IMG/VR virus record: IMGVR_UViG_3300048834_000044 | Span: 1-56,318 of that record | Length of the DNA stretch: 56,318 nucleotides | From: a virus | Lineage: Duplodnaviria > Caudoviricetes | Strand: one strand, 5' to 3' | In this document: one piece after another, positions 51,944 to 56,318 of the stretch | Position numbering within the stretch: the first letter of the stretch is position 1 | Layout: the number at the start of each line of letters is the position of its first letter | Program-made: the position numbers and the translations under genes | The notes under the pieces: model-generated | The model's input: only the letters and a program-made list of their open reading frames with translations | Database searches by the model: none | What the model was told of the DNA's origin: nothing

Positions 51944-54340
51944 TCAGACGAACTCTGACGGGGCGACGGCTTCGTCGTTGAGGACGATGCCCTTGAAGTA
52001 CCGGGTGCCCTTGACTCGCACTTCCTTGATGTGGCTCATGCCTTCCAGGGCGCGGTAGAACTGGTTCTTGGTGACGGTGGTCCGCACGTTGTCGAGCAGG
52101 CACGCGTCCTGGTACGCCTGCCACGCCTGCGGCTTCTCGATGCGGCCGTCGGGCTCCGGGACGGTGTAGGCGTGCAGCCACTCGCGTACGCTGCCGCCCA
52201 TCGCGGCGGCGTACTCGTTGCGGTCGTCCAGCATCTCCTGGGAGAGATCGAACCTGCCACGCTCCAGCAGCCGGTCCAGGGCGTCAAGCGCACGGGCCAG
52301 GATGCCCTGCAACTCGGCAGGGGCGGTCAGCCGGTCGCCGAGGGTTGGGTCCTCGACGCCGTAGAACGTCCGCTCGAACTCGAAGATCACGAAGCGGTCG
52401 GCCAGAGCCTCGCTGTGGTCGTTGGACGTGATGTTCGAGTTGGTCGCAACTACCTGCAGCGCATGGGGAGTGAAGGAGATGAACGCCTTGTTCTTGCGGT
52501 CAGCCTGCAGCGGGTCGCCCGAGATCAGTTGCTTCAGAAGGGCAGTCGGCATCTTGCCCGCGTCCTGCTCGCCCGCGCTGTTGAGCAACTTGCCGCGCAA
52601 CTGCTCCAGCGCGAACCGGCCGGTGCTCGGATTCGTCAGCGTCGAGAAGGAGACGTTGCTCACGTTCTCTTTGCCCACCAAGGCAGAGAGGACCTTCAGC
52701 AGCGTTGACTTGCCGTTGCGGCCGGTCGAGCCGTGCAGCAGGACGGCGCGGTGCAGGTGGTTGCGCGGGAACAGCGTGTAGCCGATGACCTCCCACATCA
52801 CGGGGATCTGATCGGGCCGAAGGACTTCCGCGAGCCACGAGTCGAACAGCGGGCACTCGGCGTCGGGGTCGTACGCGACCGGGATCTGGTTGCGGGAGAA
52901 GAACGTCGGGTCGTGCGGCGCGAGCGCACCGAACTCGATGTCGTACATGCCGTTCGCGACGTTGATCAGGTACGGGTCGGGCGTCTCGATCGGCACCTGT
53001 GGCAGAGTCGATGTGGCAGAAAGGAACCTGAGCGTCGTGTCCTCGATGCTCGGCTTCCAGTCGTTGCCGAAGATGCGGATCAGCGCCGCGCGCACGAGGT
53101 CCACGCCGTCTTCGCGCCAGCAGCCCGCGTAGAAAGTCATGAGGTCCTTGCGATCCGGGGACCCCTGGTACTCGGCGACGGCGAGGTTGAGGAAGCGGGC
53201 GAGGTCGGCGGCGAGGATGTTGAACTGGATCGGTCCCCGCGTGCCGTTGTTGTTGAGCGGCCGGTACGTGTTGGGGCTGAAGACGATCCCGGCGTCGTCG
53301 AGCCGCTCGGTCAGGGTCAGCCGACGCGGGGTCAGCAGGCTCACGAGGGCCTCAGTCGGCCGGGGAGGCAAGGTGAGGTCGTCGTCGTCGTCGGCGTCGT
53401 CGGGCAGCGGGACGTCGGTGAAGTCGTTGGCGACGGTCGGCTTCCCAGGGCCGTCCGTCGTGGCGTAGGCCAGCGCGCGACGCACGACGGTCCTGAACTC
53501 CTGCTCCGAGAAGTCGTGGTCGCCAGGCGCACGCTGGACGGCCGCCCACATCGACTCGTAGACGAGGCGCTCGGAGAGGCAGTCGGCCAGGACGAAGCGG
53601 TAGAGGGTCGGGAGCCGGGAGATCAGCGCGACGTTGCGGCCGTCGAGGCGTGAGCCGGTCGCCTTGTCCTTGAGGTTGGAGACCTCCCACTCGTACTTCC
53701 GCAGGATCGAGACTGCCTTGTCCTTCTGGGTCGGGGTCGGCGGGGCGTCGTCGGTCTCCAGCGCGAGCGAGAAACGGGCGGTCTCGTCGTCGTCGGCGTC
53801 GTGCAGCCAGTGATCGGGGTCAAGGAGAACGCCGTCGTGGACGCCGCTCTCGTAGAACCGGGGGTCGGAAGTCGATGCGAGCCACGAGAACTGCGCGGGC
53901 TGGGTGCTGGTCGTCAGGTCGAAGGAAGCCGCGCCGAGGAACCGAACGAGCGCACGGGAAACCTTGACGTACTCGGCCGGGGTGACCTCGCGCGAGAAGG
54001 GGATGTGGACCCGGTAGCGCGGGTCGGCCGGGGAGTGCCGCCAGGTCGTGTGCCAGGCGAAGCGCACGTCGGGGAGCGCGTCCAGAAGCCGCTCGGGGAG
54101 ATCGAGATCGGCGGAGTCGGCGTCGAGCGTCGCGACGTAGCGGGCGAGCACGTCGTCGTTGGTCCTGCTGGTGTTTCGGAGGGCGGCCGGGAGCAGGCCG
54201 CCGCACTCCTTGTGGTCGCTGGGATCCTGGAGCCGGATCGCCCGGAGGTAGCCGGGCCAGTCCGTCTGCTGCTGCTTCCAGGTGCGGCTGTCGGCGCGCG
54301 GAGCCACGGAGACGATGATCGGCGGTTCAACTGGAGACAC
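51944..54340 (-). CDS. DNA primase/polymerase fused to a D5-like SF3 helicase
   Basis: N-terminal TLDAD..HTTWRH..RYRV prim-pol motifs; INVANG, GRNGKST Walker A, LKQLISGD and TN. Confidence 0.9.
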   Translation of the reverse strand: MSPVEPPIIVSVAPRADSRTWKQQQTDWPGYLRAIRLQDPSDHKECGGLLPAALRNTSRTNDDVLARYVATLDADSADLDLPERLLDALPDVRFAWHTTWRHSPADPRYRVHIPFSREVTPAEYVKVSRALVRFLGAASFDLTTSTQPAQFSWLASTSDPRFYESGVHDGVLLDPDHWLHDADDDETARFSLALETDDAPPTPTQKDKAVSILRKYEWEVSNLKDKATGSRLDGRNVALISRLPTLYRFVLADCLSERLVYESMWAAVQRAPGDHDFSEQEFRTVVRRALAYATTDGPGKPTVANDFTDVPLPDDADDDDDLTLPPRPTEALVSLLTPRRLTLTERLDDAGIVFSPNTYRPLNNNGTRGPIQFNILAADLARFLNLAVAEYQGSPDRKDLMTFYAGCWREDGVDLVRAALIRIFGNDWKPSIEDTTLRFLSATSTLPQVPIETPDPYLINVANGMYDIEFGALAPHDPTFFSRNQIPVAYDPDAECPLFDSWLAEVLRPDQIPVMWEVIGYTLFPRNHLHRAVLLHGSTGRNGKSTLLKVLSALVGKENVSNVSFSTLTNPSTGRFALEQLRGKLLNSAGEQDAGKMPTALLKQLISGDPLQADRKNKAFISFTPHALQVVATNSNITSNDHSEALADRFVIFEFERTFYGVEDPTLGDRLTAPAELQGILARALDALDRLLERGRFDLSQEMLDDRNEYAAAMGGSVREWLHAYTVPEPDGRIEKPQAWQAYQDACLLDNVRTTVTKNQFYRALEGMSHIKEVRVKGTRYFKGIVLNDEAVAPSEFV

Positions 54341-54358
54341 TGGTCGAGACTCCTTCTC

Positions 54359-54551
54359 TGGGTTGGTCTTTCAGTCTTCGGTCGTTCTTCGTTGGTGAGG
54401 CTGGTGTCGGTGGAGGACCGGCGCTGGTGTCGGAGCACCAACGCCGGTCCCGACCGAAGGGACCAACCCACCACAGACCGGACCCGGCCGGTGGTGCTGA
54501 CCGGTGGTCTGCCGTCGCCCTCCGTCGAGCGCGACGGGGGAGAGTCTACCA
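54359..54551 (-). promoter_or_regulatory. Promoter (TGGTAGACT, 54543-54551) and nested-hairpin leader of the primase gene
   Basis: Outer stem TGGGTTGGTC..CTTCGGTCG / CGACCGAAG..GACCAACCCA and inner stem GGACCGGCG.TGGTG / CACCA.CGCCGGTCC. Confidence 0.55.
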
Positions 54552-54609
54552 CGTCTCGGCCGCGAGCGCTTAGAGCCTGGTCTTCGGCGCGTCGGCGGAG
54601 AAAGCGAAG

Positions 54610-54905
54610 GGGTGCAAGGGGTGCCGTTGGGTTGCCGTTGGGGGTTGCCGTTTCGGGGTGCGACGGGGCGGCACGGCGGCAGCAGGGGGAGAAGGGGGTT
54701 GCCGGGGGTGCGTCTAGGTGCCGCTGGCTCGGCACCCCACTGGGAGCACGGTTGTTGTGCTCTGGGTTGCCAGGTTGCCTCTTCTTCTTAGGTGAGAGAG
54801 AGAACAGAAGAAGAAGAAGGGAAAGTGGAGAAAAAGAGAAGGGATGGAAGGAGAGGGAGGAAAGTAGGAAGTGGTGGCAACCGCCACCCCCGAAAGAGAA
54901 AGAGA
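54610..54905. other. Candidate replication origin: GGTTGCC iterons flanking a polypurine tract
   Basis: GGTTGCC at 54630, 54643, 54697, 54765 and 54773; inverted GGCAACC at 54876; A/G tract at ~54794-54870; next to the primase gene. Confidence 0.45.
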
Positions 54906-55185
54906 GCCGACAGCCCACGGGCCGGGTGGCAGAGAAGGCAGGCAGTTGGCCGGTGCGGCGAGTTGCAGTTCGGCGGAAGATGAGGTAGGTTGGGGAGCGA
55001 CTCGGTGAGCACGGCGAAGGAAGTGGAACAGGGAGAACGGGACACAACAGCCCCCTGCTGCACGCCTCGCCCGCCACGCGAGGGAACCGATGCACCGCAA
55101 GAGAAAGCGACGACGGCGAAACCGCAAGGGACACAAGGGGAACCGGGCACCGCCGGAACCCCAAGACACGGAAGGAGAACCGGCG

Positions 55186-55746
55186 ATGCCCGCTTCCCTT
55201 GAGGCGCAAGCGGTTGCCCGCGAGCGTGAGGCGCTGTGCCTCCGCGAGCGGCTGACCGGGAAGTCCTTGGAGCAGATCGGAAAGGAGCAGGGCTGGAGCA
55301 ACCCGCACCGGATCTTCGAGCGGGCGATCAAGCGTCCCGAGAACCGCTTGCTGGCCAACGAGGTCTCGGTGTACCTGGAGTCGATGCGGCTCGACGCGCT
55401 GAACTCCGCGATCTGGCCGCGCGCGATGAACGGCGACCCGCGAGCGATCGAGGTCGCGCTGAAGTTGCTGGAGCGCCGAAGCCGCATGCTGGGCTTGGAC
55501 TTTCAGGACAAGATGTCCGCGCGGATGGTGGACCTGGAGGCCGCCAAGGTGGACCTGATCTCCCGCGCTTTGCTTGGGGCGCTTGAAGACGCGCGGCTGC
55601 AGGGTGCGGCGGCGCAGGCCGTCACGGCGGCGTTCTTCAGCCGTCTCCGCGAGGCCGAGGCAATCACAGCGACCGCCGAGCGGCTCGACGGGGACGATGA
55701 CGACGACCACGCCGTCCTGGCGGCCGAGTTCGAGGACCTCCTGTGA
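55186..55746 (+). CDS. terS: Putative terminase small subunit (HTH protein)
   Basis: SD GAAGGAG; ALCLRE..GKSLEQIGKEQGW HTH; RLDAL..W..A..GD.RAI..L..RR..LGLD; upstream of terL on the circle. Confidence 0.68.
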   Translation: MPASLEAQAVAREREALCLRERLTGKSLEQIGKEQGWSNPHRIFERAIKRPENRLLANEVSVYLESMRLDALNSAIWPRAMNGDPRAIEVALKLLERRSRMLGLDFQDKMSARMVDLEAAKVDLISRALLGALEDARLQGAAAQAVTAAFFSRLREAEAITATAERLDGDDDDDHAVLAAEFEDLL

Positions 55747-55853
55747 CCGGCCGCCCGCTTGCCTTGTCGCTGTTGGGCTCTGCCGCCCTGGTCGTCGGCG
55801 GCTCTGCCGTGGCGGTGCTCTGCTTCCGTGCTCTCGTGCGGCGGCCGTCGTGA
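55743..55853 (+). CDS. Possible small hydrophobic peptide (36 aa)
   Basis: GTGA overlap with the terS stop. It lies in an A-free block, so its openness and hydrophobicity may be compositional. Confidence 0.3.
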   Translation: MTGRPLALSLLGSAALVVGGSAVAVLCFRALVRRPS

Positions 55854-56318
55854 GTCTGTGGGTCGGGCTCTGGTCGCGAGAGGCCAACGGGCACAAGGGA
55901 AACCGGGCCGCGGCAGAGAAAGCCAAGGCAGAGAAGGGAAGCCGCGACCGCGTCGAAGAAGCCAAGGCGGGGAAGAAGATCCGCCGAGCGACCGGCGACG
56001 ACGGCACCAGCGCGGCACGAGAGCGGCCCGAGAGGGACCACAACGGGACAGGGCAGCCGGACGGGACACGGGCACCGGCCCAGGGCCAGAGCGGGGCAGA
56101 GTGGCCGCCGGTCGTGTTCTGCCGCCTCTGCCTGTGCGGGCTGCTCGTCGCCGGTCGGCCGCCGGGCGCGGAGGCCAACGGGCACAAGGAGAACCGGGCC
56201 GCGGCAGAGAAGACCAACGGACACAAGGAGAACCGCGACACCGCGAGCGCCGCGACCGCGACCGGCCGAACCGCCAAGGAGCACAAGGGAAAGCAGGCAC
56301 GCGCCGAGGAACCGAAGG
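55850..56318 (+). CDS. 5' part of the possible junction-spanning 359-aa low-complexity ORF (continues to 738)
   Basis: GTG 55850 overlaps TGA 55851-55853; in frame with position 1 (=56192); no stops. Confidence 0.35.
   Translation, partial: MSLWVGLWSREANGHKGNRAAAEKAKAEKGSRDRVEEAKAGKKIRRATGDDGTSAARERPERDHNGTGQPDGTRAPAQGQSGAEWPPVVFCRLCLCGLLVAGRPPGAEANGHKENRAAAEKTNGHKENRDTASAATATGRTAKEHKGKQARAEEPK
55880..56211 (+). repeat. 41-nt near-perfect direct repeat (55880-55920 and 56171-56211)
   Basis: GAGGCCAACGGGCACAAGG(GA/AG)AACCGGGCCGCGGCAGAGAA. Confidence 0.85.
56192..56318. repeat. Terminal direct repeat (copy of 1..127)
   Basis: Exact identity. Confidence 0.93.

Noticed and set aside
33053-54340. 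Integrase, repressor or tRNA genes
   Set aside because: No tyrosine or serine recombinase motifs, repressor-like HTH or cloverleaf was recognised by eye; tRNAscan and HMM searches would be needed to exclude them formally.
55090-55185. Arg/Lys-rich N-terminal extension of terS (contains an in-frame GHKG)
   Set aside because: A strong SD (GAAGGAG) precedes ATG 55186, and the extension lies in T-poor repeat-like sequence; it is not fully excluded.
53914-56286. 790-aa minus-strand ORF
   Set aside because: It is antisense to terS, out of frame over the primase gene, and open mainly because the strand is A-poor; its composition is not protein-like.
56192-56318. Biological terminal repeat
   Set aside because: An exact 127-nt overlap matches an assembler k-mer artefact of a circular contig; physical ends cannot be inferred from it.

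Overview
The window is an apparently complete, circularly assembled genome (56,191 bp unique plus a 127-bp assembly overlap) of a high-GC siphovirus. Its gene content resembles actinobacteriophages such as mycobacteriophage cluster B relatives. The plus-strand arm encodes terminase, portal, MuF, prohead protease, two capsid proteins, tail, tape measure, endolysin, tail-fibre and holin genes. The minus-strand arm encodes PolA, SSB, a Cas4-like exonuclease, VRR-NUC, an SNF2 helicase, a primase-SF3 helicase, nucleotide-metabolism genes and many small early genes. I saw no integrase, repressor, tRNA, CRISPR array or lysin B, so it is probably lytic on a non-mycolic actinobacterium. The most notable observation is in the head module. 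Three proteins (MuF, a 1043-aa orphan and the prohead protease) share a ~110-140 aa module, R[VI]P[KQ]GNGxxSGRW...D[WL]SL...IG. In each it follows an L[TV]A[ASG] putative maturation-protease site and precedes a different cargo: a GNAT acetyltransferase, a wHTH plus papain-like toxin with an adjacent immunity-like gene, or an acidic domain. This suggests a modular capsid-packaged effector system. Also notable are a 650-nt T-free repeat tract between terS and terL that lies in a junction-spanning 359-codon ORF, structured leaders on replication genes, and repeated promoter cassettes. All family assignments come from motif recognition, not database searches.
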